Assembly (NCBI GenBank): GCA_031374125.1
Contig: JANMFM010000048.1
Location: 1 to 46,492 of the forward strand
Length of the DNA stretch: 46,492 bases
Origin: Bdellovibrionales bacterium
GTDB taxonomy: Bacteria; Bdellovibrionota; Bdellovibrionia; Bdellovibrionales; JAEYZS01
Direction of reading: 5' to 3'
Under the pieces are notes generated by a model. The model made no database searches, was not told where the DNA came from, and was given only the letters and a program-made list of their open reading frames with translations. Below are positions 15,565-25,035 of this stretch, in pieces. Position 1 is the stretch's first letter; each line of letters opens with the position of its first letter. The position numbers were made by a program, and so were the translations under genes.

Positions 15565-16407
15565 ATGCATATGCAACATCAATTAAATCAATCCGTCCCT
15601 GAGTTAAAAAAACAAGCAACCACTCACCGAAAGCTAATACTAGAAATGCTAGAGAAAGCCGGCAATGGCCACCCAGGTGGATCTCTGTCAGCGATCGATA
15701 TCATTACGGCGTTATTCTTCAATGAAATGAAGGTAGATCCAAAAAATCCTGAATGGAATGATCGCGATCGCTTTGTTCTTTCAAAAGGGCACGGAGTCCC
15801 AGCGCTCTACGCAACCTTAGCTTACCGCGGATACTTTAAGCCGGAAGAAACCTTGGCACTGAGACAATTGGGATCAGTTTTCCAAGGTCATCCAGACCGA
15901 GTGAGAATGCCTGCCGTTGAAGCTTCAACCGGATCTCTGGGCCAAGGCTTGAGCGTTGCTCAAGGTATGGCGATGGCTGGAAAGCTCGATGGAAAAGATT
16001 ATAGAGTTTATTGCTTAATGGGTGACGGCGAGACTCAAGAAGGCCAAGTGTGGGAAGCATTGATGTCTTGCGGAAATTATAAGCTCAATAATCTTTGCGT
16101 ATTCTTGGATGCGAACAAATATCAAATCGATGGTATGACAAAAGACGTAATGGACATCGAGCCTCTCGAAGAAAAAATCAAAGCCTTCAAGTGGAATGTT
16201 TTAAGAATCGATGGTCATGACATGGATCAAATCTTAAATTCACTCAAGGCCGCGCGTGCTGAAAAAACCAAACCAACAATGATCATCGCAGACACTATTA
16301 AAGGTAAAGGCGTTTCATTTATGGAAAACGTAAACAAGTGGCATGGCGTGAGTCCAACAAAAGATGAATTGAAAAAAGCGATTGAAGAACTGGAGAGATT
16401 ATCATGA
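15565..16407 (+). CDS. transketolase, N-terminal (TPP-binding) subunit
   Basis: It has GHPGGSLS, SKGH and the GDGETQEGQVWEA TPP-binding motif. Its 280-aa length indicates a split-type transketolase. Confidence 0.9.
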   Translation: MHMQHQLNQSVPELKKQATTHRKLILEMLEKAGNGHPGGSLSAIDIITALFFNEMKVDPKNPEWNDRDRFVLSKGHGVPALYATLAYRGYFKPEETLALRQLGSVFQGHPDRVRMPAVEASTGSLGQGLSVAQGMAMAGKLDGKDYRVYCLMGDGETQEGQVWEALMSCGNYKLNNLCVFLDANKYQIDGMTKDVMDIEPLEEKIKAFKWNVLRIDGHDMDQILNSLKAARAEKTKPTMIIADTIKGKGVSFMENVNKWHGVSPTKDELKKAIEELERLS

Positions 16408-17360
16408 GCAGCGGAATAAACATTGGTCAGCTTGGAAATGCAACTCGCGCGAGCTTTGGAGAATCTTTAGCAAATCTCGGAAAAGAATTTAAAAGTATCG
16501 TTGTCCTCGATGCCGACCTTTCCAAGAGTACAAAATCTGAAAGCTTCTCTAAGAACGCCCCGGAAAGATTTTTCCAAATGGGAATTCAAGAAGCCAACAT
16601 GATCGGTGCCGCAGCGGGATTGGCTTTTTCTGGGAAAATTCCTTTCTTGTGTTCGTTCGGAGCTTTCTTAACAGGGAGATTCGACCAGATCAGAGTAACG
16701 ATCGGTTATGCACAAGCCAATGTGAGACTCGTCGGAACACATGCCGGTGTTGGTATCGGTGAAGATGGATGCTCGCAAATGGCACTCGAAGATTTGGCGT
16801 GCATGAGAACTTTGCCGGGAATGGCAGTTCTTCAACCCGCAGATGATATCGAAACCAAAGCGATGATGAGATATTTAATTGATCACGAAGGTCCCGCATA
16901 CATTCGTCTCACAAGACAAAACGTGGTGAATGTTCATGATACAAATTATAAATTCCGTTTTGGAAAAGCAGATGAAATTTTGGATGGAAAAGATGCAGTT
17001 GTATTTGCAACGGGTGGACTCACGGGCAACGCCTACACCGCAATTAAGAATTTAGAAAAAGAAGGAATTTCAGTCGGCCTTGTAAATATCCACTCGGTGA
17101 AACCTTTTGATAAAGAATCAGTTCAGAAATGGTCGCAAAAAGTAAAACATGTTTTCACAGCTGAAGACCACAATGTGATTGGTGGCTTGGGCGGAGCGGT
17201 TGCAGAAGCTATGGCTGAAATTGGTGCTCCGGCAAAACTCCATAAAATTGGTGTTCAAGATGTGTATGGTGAAAGTGGAACGCCAGAAGCGCTCTATGAA
17301 AAACACGGGCTCAATGCCAACGGCATCGGTCGTACATTAAAATCTATTCTCAGAAATTAA
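16404..17360 (+). CDS. transketolase, C-terminal (pyrimidine-binding) subunit
   Basis: It overlaps the N-terminal subunit gene by 4 nt (ATGA). It has the QMGIQEANMIGAAAG and IRLTRQ motifs. Confidence 0.9.
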   Translation: MSSGINIGQLGNATRASFGESLANLGKEFKSIVVLDADLSKSTKSESFSKNAPERFFQMGIQEANMIGAAAGLAFSGKIPFLCSFGAFLTGRFDQIRVTIGYAQANVRLVGTHAGVGIGEDGCSQMALEDLACMRTLPGMAVLQPADDIETKAMMRYLIDHEGPAYIRLTRQNVVNVHDTNYKFRFGKADEILDGKDAVVFATGGLTGNAYTAIKNLEKEGISVGLVNIHSVKPFDKESVQKWSQKVKHVFTAEDHNVIGGLGGAVAEAMAEIGAPAKLHKIGVQDVYGESGTPEALYEKHGLNANGIGRTLKSILRN

Positions 17361-17539
17361 ACTTTAGGATCATCAGAGTTATTGTTGATTTGTTTCTTCT
17401 CTTCATCTGAAGAGATGCCTTTTTTGAATCCACGAATGGCAGATCCAACCGCCTTGCCTAAACCCGGCAATCTGCTTGGTCCAAAAAACAATAAAACGAT
17501 AATTACTAGGACTACTAATTCAGGGATTCCGAGACTCAT
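17357..17539 (-). CDS. tatA: twin-arginine translocase subunit TatA/E
   Basis: The 60-aa product begins MSLGIPELVVLVIIVLLFFGPSRLPGLGKAVG, the canonical TatA TM segment, hinge and amphipathic helix. Confidence 0.9.
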   Translation of the reverse strand: MSLGIPELVVLVIIVLLFFGPSRLPGLGKAVGSAIRGFKKGISSDEEKKQINNNSDDPKV

Positions 17540-17804
17540 ACTATTCTCCTCCGGATCTTTCTAAAGATAAGCTAAGTTTTAAATCGAATTAAAGGGTATT
17601 GCAAGTGCCAAAATGTTTCATAATGAAGCAGCGAAAGGCCAATAGTTCTAGCTAAATACCTATGCCTTCCATGAATTATATTGATACTGACTAATCACTT
17701 TTCACCCATACATAGGTCTAGACATTTTGGTGTTTCAAATCCACCAGAACCTATTTTTATGGGCCTCACTCTTGCACTTTACTAAGGTGTCTAGGGGGCT
17801 CTTT

Positions 17805-18461
17805 ATGTATCATATTGGGATTTTGGCTAAACAAGGGAAAGAGTTAAATTCTGCTTATAATGAACTGAAGAAAAATCATTTCTGTAAGCCTGATGTTTTC
17901 ACGGATTCTTTTAGTTTGGTAAAAGCATTAAAAGACAATTCATTTCATGCACTCATCATTCTCACCGATGAGTTTAAACCCAGTCATATCCGAATCATTC
18001 AACAAATCAAAAAGCGTTTTAACAATTTACCCGTGATGGTCGTTACAGAAAAACCAAGTATCGCCGCCAAAATTAAACTGGTCGATTTTAAAAAAACTAT
18101 ATTATTAAATCTTTCAACGGAAATGAAGGACATGAGTGGCATCGTAATCAAAATGATCAACGACCTGCACGTAATCCCAAGACTTGCAAATCGTTATAGA
18201 ACTGCACAGCCTGCAAGATTTAAAATCGAAGCAACAAGAACTCATTCTGCCTTCATGCTTGATATCGCACGTGATGGAGCATGTTTTAGACTTTTCAATA
18301 AAAAATTAAATAAAGGCGACCAAGTGCAAATCGAAGTTCCACTTCCAGACTTAAAAAAGACCCACATCGTTCAAGGTGAAGTGGTTTGGGAAAAAATGGA
18401 AAAACTAAAGAATCAAGCAACTGCTTCATCACAAAGAGTAGGAGTTAGATTTTCAGATTAA
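17805..18461 (+). CDS. receiver-like domain / PilZ-domain protein (both domains degenerate)
   Basis: The N-terminal part shows a CheY-like alternation (IGILAK..., ALIILTDEF, PVMVVTEK) but lacks the acidic pair after beta1. The C-terminal PilZ-like part has RYRTAQPARF, DIARDGACFRL (DxAxxG instead of DxSxxG) and GVRF. The start is placed at ATG 17805. Confidence 0.55.
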   Translation: MYHIGILAKQGKELNSAYNELKKNHFCKPDVFTDSFSLVKALKDNSFHALIILTDEFKPSHIRIIQQIKKRFNNLPVMVVTEKPSIAAKIKLVDFKKTILLNLSTEMKDMSGIVIKMINDLHVIPRLANRYRTAQPARFKIEATRTHSAFMLDIARDGACFRLFNKKLNKGDQVQIEVPLPDLKKTHIVQGEVVWEKMEKLKNQATASSQRVGVRFSD

Positions 18462-18480
18462 AAAAACCAAGGGGGAGACC

Positions 18481-18978
18481 ATGAAAAGACTTTTAGTGGG
18501 AACACTCTTATTTCTGACGACCAATCCCACATTGGCAGATGTAAAAAATAAAGAGAAGGCAAAATTCGAGTTGATATCCTCAATTGAAATATTGGTGAAT
18601 ATTGATGAATGTCGCAAATACATGCATACTCAAGCCGCAGATAATTCTACTTTGCCAAGGGCATGCAATGCTTTGCCTTATCTATCGAAATATTTTTTCG
18701 ACCCAAGCAAAGACAAAATTGCCATCGACGAATACCTCAATAACGAAGAAACTAGAGTCACAGAAGATGCATTGAAGCTTCTCAATACTTACAAATTTAA
18801 AAACCTTGGAAAAATGACTCTTTCTGCAAAGTGCGTGAGGAACAAAGATCCAGTGGATTTAGATTCGTACCTCAATAAAATAAAAGGTATTCCAATCCCT
18901 AAAGACGAAGGAATTTCTGCCATCAAAGAAGACAGCAATAAACTAGAAATTAGAAATCCAGCTCAAGAAGAGCTGTGA
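18481..18978 (+). CDS. exported hypothetical protein
   Basis: A GGGGGAG SD lies upstream. The signal peptide is MKRLLVGTLLFLTTNPTLA. No domain is recognised. Confidence 0.55.
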   Translation: MKRLLVGTLLFLTTNPTLADVKNKEKAKFELISSIEILVNIDECRKYMHTQAADNSTLPRACNALPYLSKYFFDPSKDKIAIDEYLNNEETRVTEDALKLLNTYKFKNLGKMTLSAKCVRNKDPVDLDSYLNKIKGIPIPKDEGISAIKEDSNKLEIRNPAQEEL

Positions 18979-18986
18979 TCTCTCAA

Positions 18987-20768
18987 TTACCTGAACAAGC
19001 TCTTGAAAAAGTTTTTTACTTTTTGAGAGATCCCGCTAGAAGATTTATTTGATTTAAATGAGCGATTAGCGCTGCTGCCCTTATCCGATTTTCTATTTGG
19101 ATTCGGTCTATTCCCATCAGATCGGAATGATTTTTGCCCAGGCTTGTTCGGCGTAAATTTTTGATTTGGTTTTGCCGGTGGCTGTGCAGGTCTTCCTTGT
19201 TGCGGAGGTCTTTGATTTGGATTTCCTTGTGGTGGTCTTTTCGGTCCAGAATTTTGGTTCTGTGCATTCACGCGTTGTTCGCCATCTCTTGGATGTTGAT
19301 GTCTCCCAGACTTGCGATCACGGTGAACGTTCTCTCCGCCTTGTCCCTGAGGACCGCGGCTGTTATCACGATTTCTATTATCGAAGTTTCTGTTGTTATT
19401 GAAGCGACCGCCACCTTGTCCTTGAGGTCTTTGTGGTCTGTCTCCAGTTGGGCGTTGTTCTCTTGGTTGAGGTCCTGCGCCTTCTTGTCCTTGTGGTATC
19501 TGTGCTTTCATTGCAGCTAATCCTGTTCGTTTTACGCGGCTCTCTCCGCGGTAGTTGTCTCTTTGAAGTGCTTTGAAATCTTTCACTATGAATTCATCTT
19601 CAAGCCAACCGATTGTTATTTTCACTTTCATGTAACCTTCAATTCTTGAAAGTGCCATGACATCTCTATCGCTCACGAGTGAAATTGCGTGACCTTTTGC
19701 TCCCGCTCTTCCTGTACGGCCAATTCTGTGAACATAGTTCTCCGCATCGTCTGGAAGATCGTAATTGATTACAAGATCTACGCCTTTGATATCTAGGCCA
19801 CGAGCCGCAACGTCGGTTGCAACAAGTGTGTTTCTCTCGTTTTCGTTTTTAAATTGTTCGAGGACGCGCTCTCTTTGACTTTGAGTCAACAAGCTAGAAA
19901 TTCCTACAGCAGGAACTCCGTTGTTGCTTAAGAACTGAGTGATGCGATCGACGTTCATTTTGTAATTGCTAAAAATAATTGTTTGTTTTGGTTTTACTCT
20001 GCTGATGAGTGATAACAGATATTGAGGCTTGTCTTGCTCGCCCACATGGAAAAGTTCATCTGTCACGTCGCCAGCTTTGGCTTGATCACGAGATACGTTG
20101 ATTTCAACAGGATTAGAATCGAAACCATAAATCGTATTCATCACATCAAAATTCAAAGTCGCACTGAAAAGTAAAATTTGACGATCGGCCGGTGCTCTTT
20201 GCAGAATGTAAACCATGTCGTCCTTGAATCCCATATCGAACATGCGATCGGCTTCATCAAAAACAATTGCTTTTACCTGTCTGAAGTTGATGTGGTGATT
20301 CTTGTATAAATCTAAAAGTCTTCCTGGAGTTCCAACTACGATGTCGACGCTGTCTTTGATCGCAGCAGTTTGCGTTTCGTACTCCACTCCGCCATAAACT
20401 AGCGCGGTTTTAATTCCGAGTTCTGGTTTACATAGACTTGTAATGGCTTTGTGAATTTGGTCTGCAAGTTCTCTGGTTGGCGCTAGTACCAAAATAAAAT
20501 GTCCAGAATTCCAAGTATCGAAACCTCTTTTTTGATCGAGTTCTGTTGGGTTTTCGCCCATTTTTTTTCTAGTTCGTAAAATTCTTTCGATGAGTGGAAC
20601 TAGAAAGGCAAAAGTTTTTCCGCTGCCAGTTTGCGAAAGACCAGAGATGTCTTTCCCATCTAAAACGAGTGGTATTGCGGACTCTTGAATCGGTGTGCAG
20701 TCGTTGATATTTATTTGACGTAGAGCGTCCATGATCTCGGGTTGTAAATCTAATTCTTCAAATTTCAA
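18987..20768 (-). CDS. DEAD-box ATP-dependent RNA helicase with long low-complexity C-terminal tail
   Basis: It has motif I SQTGSGKT, motif II DEAD (VFDEADRMF), motif III SAT and motif VI HRIGRTGRAG. The last ~170 aa are rich in R/G/Q/N/P. Confidence 0.92.
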   Translation of the reverse strand: MKFEELDLQPEIMDALRQININDCTPIQESAIPLVLDGKDISGLSQTGSGKTFAFLVPLIERILRTRKKMGENPTELDQKRGFDTWNSGHFILVLAPTRELADQIHKAITSLCKPELGIKTALVYGGVEYETQTAAIKDSVDIVVGTPGRLLDLYKNHHINFRQVKAIVFDEADRMFDMGFKDDMVYILQRAPADRQILLFSATLNFDVMNTIYGFDSNPVEINVSRDQAKAGDVTDELFHVGEQDKPQYLLSLISRVKPKQTIIFSNYKMNVDRITQFLSNNGVPAVGISSLLTQSQRERVLEQFKNENERNTLVATDVAARGLDIKGVDLVINYDLPDDAENYVHRIGRTGRAGAKGHAISLVSDRDVMALSRIEGYMKVKITIGWLEDEFIVKDFKALQRDNYRGESRVKRTGLAAMKAQIPQGQEGAGPQPREQRPTGDRPQRPQGQGGGRFNNNRNFDNRNRDNSRGPQGQGGENVHRDRKSGRHQHPRDGEQRVNAQNQNSGPKRPPQGNPNQRPPQQGRPAQPPAKPNQKFTPNKPGQKSFRSDGNRPNPNRKSDKGSSANRSFKSNKSSSGISQKVKNFFKSLFR

Positions 20769-20832
20769 ATGCGCTCTCCATGCATGAATTGCGGTCTAAG
20801 TGGGATGAATCTAATCAGAGCTTTGTAAAAAG

Positions 20833-21627
20833 TCAAAAATTAGCTAACAAAAAGGCACGAAGATCGTCGATAAACTGCTCTGGCTGATCAAAGTGCACCC
20901 AATGGCCGGCCTCTTTGATCAGAATTCCTTCAACATTGGGATTTTCCTTAAGCATTTTTTCATAAATATCCTGGGGGAGGTCGGTAGAATTTTCTCCACG
21001 AACAAGTAGAGTTGGCATTTTTAGAGACTGCCATTCCGCCCAACGGTCGACTTTTCTACCCAGACGAACGCTATCAATAATTCCTTTTTTTGAGAAGCGC
21101 CAGTCGATAAGTCCTTGATCATTTTCAACTAAATTAGAATAAAAATAATTCCCTAAAACTGGATCACCGAAATCGTTTAGCAAAAACTCCTTCGCGTCTT
21201 TTTTATTTTGAAAAGGAGTGGGTACGCGGTCCAAAAGCTTTTCATACCTTTCGACGTCAGAGAGTTTGCTTTCGGGCGAGATGTCCTCAATAACCAAAGA
21301 TATGACTCTCTGCGGAAATCTTGAGGCGAAGTTTAATGCATTTCTTCCACCCATGGAGTGCCCCACTAGGTGAATTTTCTCCCATCCGAGTTCATTGAGG
21401 ATCTCGATAAGATCATCGGCGTAGTCTTCCGGCGCATAGCCAGCGTCCGGTTTCATAGAGCGACCGTGGCCACGTTGATCGAAGGTCAAGATTTGGAATT
21501 TGTCCTCCATCCCTGAAACTATTTTCCGCCAGTTTGCTCCAAACCCCATCAAACCGTGTAAAAATACGAGTTTAGGGGCAGTGGAATTGCCGTATATCTG
21601 ATAATGGAATTGCTTTAAAAAATCCAT
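20833..21627 (-). CDS. alpha/beta-fold hydrolase
   Basis: It has the HGLMG oxyanion region, the nucleophile elbow GHSMGG and a C-terminal catalytic His in AGHWVH. Confidence 0.8.
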   Translation of the reverse strand: MDFLKQFHYQIYGNSTAPKLVFLHGLMGFGANWRKIVSGMEDKFQILTFDQRGHGRSMKPDAGYAPEDYADDLIEILNELGWEKIHLVGHSMGGRNALNFASRFPQRVISLVIEDISPESKLSDVERYEKLLDRVPTPFQNKKDAKEFLLNDFGDPVLGNYFYSNLVENDQGLIDWRFSKKGIIDSVRLGRKVDRWAEWQSLKMPTLLVRGENSTDLPQDIYEKMLKENPNVEGILIKEAGHWVHFDQPEQFIDDLRAFLLANF

Positions 21628-21647
21628 GCAACTATCATAAACTTGTT

Positions 21648-22859
21648 ATGACGATAAAGCAAAGGCCTCGCTTGGCCCCTGAGTTCATTCATCCTGAAGC
21701 ATATCGAATTACTGAACGTTTACAGCGAGAGGGATTTGAAACCTATTTGGTCGGCGGTTGTGTCCGTGACCTGCTCTCTGGTATTCAACCCAAAGATTAC
21801 GACATCGCAACTTACGCAAGTCCAAAGCAAGTTAAGAAATTCATTTCAGACGCTTACATTATCGGCAAAAGATTTAGGCTCGTATTGGTAAAAAGAGGCA
21901 GTGATCTTTTTGAAGTCGCAACTTTTAGAAGAGAGGCCACGGATGAAGAAATGTCCCAGATCAACGAAGATGATAAAACTTCGGGCGACAATGTTTTCGG
22001 AACTCCACAAGAAGATGCCTTGAGACGTGATTTCACTTTGAATGGATTATTTTATGATCCAGTAAAAGATGAACTGAAAGATTATTGTCATGGACTCAAA
22101 GACATTAAATCTCACACGCTCCGAATGATCGGCGATCCTGTAACAAGATTGCAAGAAGATCCAATTCGTATTTTGCGTGCTTTAAGACTTTCACACAGAC
22201 TGGATTTTAAAATTGAGTCAAGTCTTCGTGAAAGCATGAAAACTTACGCGCACACTTTAAAAAAATCTGTATTGCCTAGAAGAAGAGAAGAAATTCTAAA
22301 GATCATGAGGCTGCAAGATCCATCCAGCACATTGATGGAAGCGCATGATCTTCATATTCTAGAGCATGTATTTCCATCGCTGGATAAAATCTATTTGAAT
22401 CCAGAGCAGTTGAGCGAATTCAATATGTATATAAAAAAGATCAGCACGTTTGTGATCGATATTGATAATCCCGCAGAGGTGTTTGCGTACTTGATGCTCG
22501 CTTACTACAGATCAACAGTAGATCCCGATCCATTCAAAAAAGTTTTTGCAGGGGACATTCTAAAACACGACGATTTAAAGCAAATCATGACCCTGGAGCT
22601 AGGTATGTACAATGTTGAGCAAAGCCTTTTTGCGAAAGCTCTAGAGTTCCAACATAGACTTAAAAAATTAGATCAAGATTCTCATCAAAACGAAGCCATC
22701 CCTCTTGCCATCATGATGGCCAAAGCCGATCACGTATTGTCGTCTGAAAAAATGCATGAGTGGGAAAGAGTTCTCGAAAAAATCGTTCCCAAAGCTCACT
22801 CCCCATATCGCAAGAAGCGCAGAACACGCCGCCCCCGCAATTTCCAGAATAAAAGATAA
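21648..22859 (+). CDS. pcnB: poly(A) polymerase / tRNA nucleotidyltransferase family protein (PcnB-like)
   Basis: It has GGCVRDLL...PKDYDIAT (the pol-beta NTase head) and IIGKRFRLVLV, which resembles the PAP signature. The C-terminal tail RKKRRTRRPRNFQNKR is basic. Whether it is a PAP or a CCA-adding enzyme is not resolved by eye. Confidence 0.6.
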   Translation: MTIKQRPRLAPEFIHPEAYRITERLQREGFETYLVGGCVRDLLSGIQPKDYDIATYASPKQVKKFISDAYIIGKRFRLVLVKRGSDLFEVATFRREATDEEMSQINEDDKTSGDNVFGTPQEDALRRDFTLNGLFYDPVKDELKDYCHGLKDIKSHTLRMIGDPVTRLQEDPIRILRALRLSHRLDFKIESSLRESMKTYAHTLKKSVLPRRREEILKIMRLQDPSSTLMEAHDLHILEHVFPSLDKIYLNPEQLSEFNMYIKKISTFVIDIDNPAEVFAYLMLAYYRSTVDPDPFKKVFAGDILKHDDLKQIMTLELGMYNVEQSLFAKALEFQHRLKKLDQDSHQNEAIPLAIMMAKADHVLSSEKMHEWERVLEKIVPKAHSPYRKKRRTRRPRNFQNKR

Positions 22860-22870
22860 GAATCTAAATT

Positions 22871-23782
22871 TTAATTTGAGCCCGCTAGTCTTTTTTGTTT
22901 TTTCTGAAACTTCAGTTTGGGCTCCCACTTTTCGTCTTCGCGTTCTTCGGGCTCGTTGTCTAACAGCATAAATCTTGTTTTGGCCTTCGCAATTCGCCCA
23001 GCTTTGTTGGGCGTGGCGAGCTCTACTCCACCTTTCATGATAGTATCAAAAGAGCTGACTTTTACGTCGGAATCAAAGAGACCTAGATCTGCTTTAATTC
23101 CTTGTTTTTTCCAGAAAACGGTATTGGTTCTGATGATTTTTACGAATTTTTTAAAGACATAAGCGCTAATGATCACTTTTCTACTGTCAGGGCTTAAGTC
23201 AACGGATCCAATATTTCCCACCACTATTCCGCGATAGTAGAGATTATCTCCACTCGAAACAGATTCGGCATTGTCGGTGACAAGAAAATAATTAACCATA
23301 TTTTCTGTGGCTACTGATGGATTGTAATTTGAGTCTCCCTCAAAAATATCTTGAGACTCACTCGAGTTTAGGTTGGGTTCGATCACGATGTAACTTCCAG
23401 AAATGATTGTATCCAGGCCAGAGATTTGATCGAAACCCACTTTAGGAGTAACTAAATAGAATTTAGATCCAGCAACCGCAAATTTTTCTCCAGATTTTGT
23501 GAGTTCGACTTCACAAATAACTTTTTTTCCATCTTTTGTAATTGCGATATCTTCGACCATTCCAATTTGTACGCCTCTAAAAAGAATTCTGGTCTTACCA
23601 GAAACAATAGAGCTGGCTTCACTAAAATGAATTTCAATTCTTTTTCCTTCAGTATCTAGATATTTTGTTACGGCCCAAGTTGAAAATACGATGGCCATAA
23701 TTGGAAATATCCAAAGATACATGGTTTCTAATCTGAAAAAAGACCATTTCGATTTTTTAGGATTGAAATCATTTGTTTTCAT
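22871..23782 (-). CDS. MCE/MlaD-domain protein (PqiB-like)
   Basis: It has an N-terminal TM anchor and two MCE-like segments (GKTRILFRGVQIGMVEDIAI and GDNLYYRGIVVGNIGSVDL). It overlaps the upstream PqiA-like gene by 14 nt. Confidence 0.7.
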   Translation of the reverse strand: MKTNDFNPKKSKWSFFRLETMYLWIFPIMAIVFSTWAVTKYLDTEGKRIEIHFSEASSIVSGKTRILFRGVQIGMVEDIAITKDGKKVICEVELTKSGEKFAVAGSKFYLVTPKVGFDQISGLDTIISGSYIVIEPNLNSSESQDIFEGDSNYNPSVATENMVNYFLVTDNAESVSSGDNLYYRGIVVGNIGSVDLSPDSRKVIISAYVFKKFVKIIRTNTVFWKKQGIKADLGLFDSDVKVSSFDTIMKGGVELATPNKAGRIAKAKTRFMLLDNEPEEREDEKWEPKLKFQKKQKRLAGSN

Positions 23783-24287
23783 TTTCTTGCCATATCACTT
23801 TCAAGTTAAAGTTTTTAGATGCGAGCATGCTGAATATCACGACGAATAAAAATATTGCAGATCCAAGTCCTGCACTGACATTTGCCATGGAATCCAACTT
23901 TACGACCGCGACAAAAACTGCCACGAGGAAAATATCTAGCATTGACCAGGGACCGATGACTTCTACAAATCTTAATAAATTGGTTTTGGCTTTTCGATTC
24001 GAATTCGAATTTGGAGAAAGAGACAAATAAAAAAGAATAGCCAATTTTAAAAGTGGAATCACCATGCTGGCTAAAAATACAATTGCTGCCAAGAAAAGTG
24101 ATCCATCTTTGAAGAGAGTTACGATTCCGGACCAAATTGTGGCGTCGTTTCTATTTCCGTGCATTTCAAAAGTCATAAAGGGTAGAAGGTTTGCGGGCAC
24201 ATACAAAATAAGTGCGGTAAGGGAATAAAAAAGTGTATGTTCCGCTGAGTGAGTTTTTCCTTTTTTATGCGGCTTCGCCAGGTCCAT
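23769..24287 (-). CDS. paraquat-inducible protein A (PqiA)-family membrane protein, half-size
   Basis: The 172-aa product has LLPFMTFEMHGNRNDATIWSGIVTLFKDGSLFLAAIVFLASMVIPLLKL and GPWSMLDIFLVAVFVAVVKL, matching one PqiA repeat unit. Confidence 0.7.
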   Translation of the reverse strand: MDLAKPHKKGKTHSAEHTLFYSLTALILYVPANLLPFMTFEMHGNRNDATIWSGIVTLFKDGSLFLAAIVFLASMVIPLLKLAILFYLSLSPNSNSNRKAKTNLLRFVEVIGPWSMLDIFLVAVFVAVVKLDSMANVSAGLGSAIFLFVVIFSMLASKNFNLKVIWQENENK

Positions 24288-24433
24288 ATTTTGATTTTCC
24301 TATGTCATAATGTAATTGATCTAATGGGGATAAATGCACATTTTAGGCCAAGGCCTAGAATTCTGTGATGGAATTAAAGAAGGGCTTGGGTATTTTTGGT
24401 ACATTTGATGTGGCTATTTAGGAAGTGAAAAAA

Positions 24434-25018
24434 TTACTTTGAAAGAGTTTCGGGATTCGAGAGGATAGATTCATTCCACGCAAAAGTTTTGATCAAATCG
24501 TTGCATGATTTCAAAGAGGATTTAAAAGATTCTTTCTGATCCATGCAAGTTAAGATCACGGCCTTTGCGTTCTTGAAGAAGATTACTTGTCGTAGTTTTT
24601 TCTGTGACACGGAGTTTTCAATGTCGATCACAAACCCTTGTTGATCTTTTTCATTTTTAAAATACTGATGACCCAAAACTTCCAAGCCGAATTGGCCATA
24701 ATTCTTTAGCCACTTTGTGGAGTATTCTTTTAAAGTTTTGTAAGGTGTATCTTTATCGATTCTTACTGTGAATGTGGGTTGAACTTTCGAAGTTGTATCT
24801 TTAATACGGAAAAGAACTTCTACTTTATTTTTTAATTCCGCTGGCGGTGCTGATCTAATCCAATTTGTACTTTGCGGATTGATTTCAAAACCTTCGTTAG
24901 AAGCATAAAGTCCTCTTGATAATGAACTGGGAATTCTCTGTGCATTTGCGTTGGATATTGTTCCGGAGATTACACCGGATAATCCTAAAGCTACCAATAT
25001 AAAAAGTGTGATCTTCAT
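24434..25018 (-). CDS. exported hypothetical protein
   Basis: The signal peptide ends ...ISNANA|Q. No domain is recognised. Confidence 0.5.
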   Translation of the reverse strand: MKITLFILVALGLSGVISGTISNANAQRIPSSLSRGLYASNEGFEINPQSTNWIRSAPPAELKNKVEVLFRIKDTTSKVQPTFTVRIDKDTPYKTLKEYSTKWLKNYGQFGLEVLGHQYFKNEKDQQGFVIDIENSVSQKKLRQVIFFKNAKAVILTCMDQKESFKSSLKSCNDLIKTFAWNESILSNPETLSK

Positions 25019-25035
25019 AATTTTATTTTACCCTC

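Noticed and set aside
14806-17306. Short ORFs lie inside add and the transketolase genes: 14806..15186, 14918..15136, 15836..16060, 16690..16899, 17118..17306 and 17382..17564.
   Set aside because: They are embedded in, or antisense to, genes with unambiguous family motifs.
15565-17360. I considered whether the split transketolase (separate N- and C-terminal subunit genes) was an anomaly or a frameshift.
   Set aside because: The two ORFs overlap by ATGA and each covers a complete domain set. Two-subunit transketolases are a well-known natural arrangement, so this is not a pseudogene.
19016-19520. Three ORFs lie inside the helicase tail region: 19016..19267 (-), 19134..19520 (+) and 19166..19402 (+).
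   Set aside because: They are shadow ORFs generated by the repetitive, codon-biased low-complexity tail of the DEAD-box helicase gene. Their products are low-complexity nonsense, they have no RBS, and they overlap a confident gene entirely.
22668-24135. Short ORFs lie around pcnB and pqiAB: 22668..22928 (-), 22756..22971 (+), 22917..23162 (+), 23452..23637 (-), 23773..24030 (+) and 23815..24135 (-).
   Set aside because: They overlap confident genes in other frames or on the other strand, and none has independent support.
24344-24357. A palindrome TAGGCCAAGGCCTA lies upstream of the pqiA-like gene.
   Set aside because: The 6-bp arms have only a 2-nt spacer, which is too tight for an RNA hairpin. 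The site is short enough to arise by chance, so no function can be argued.
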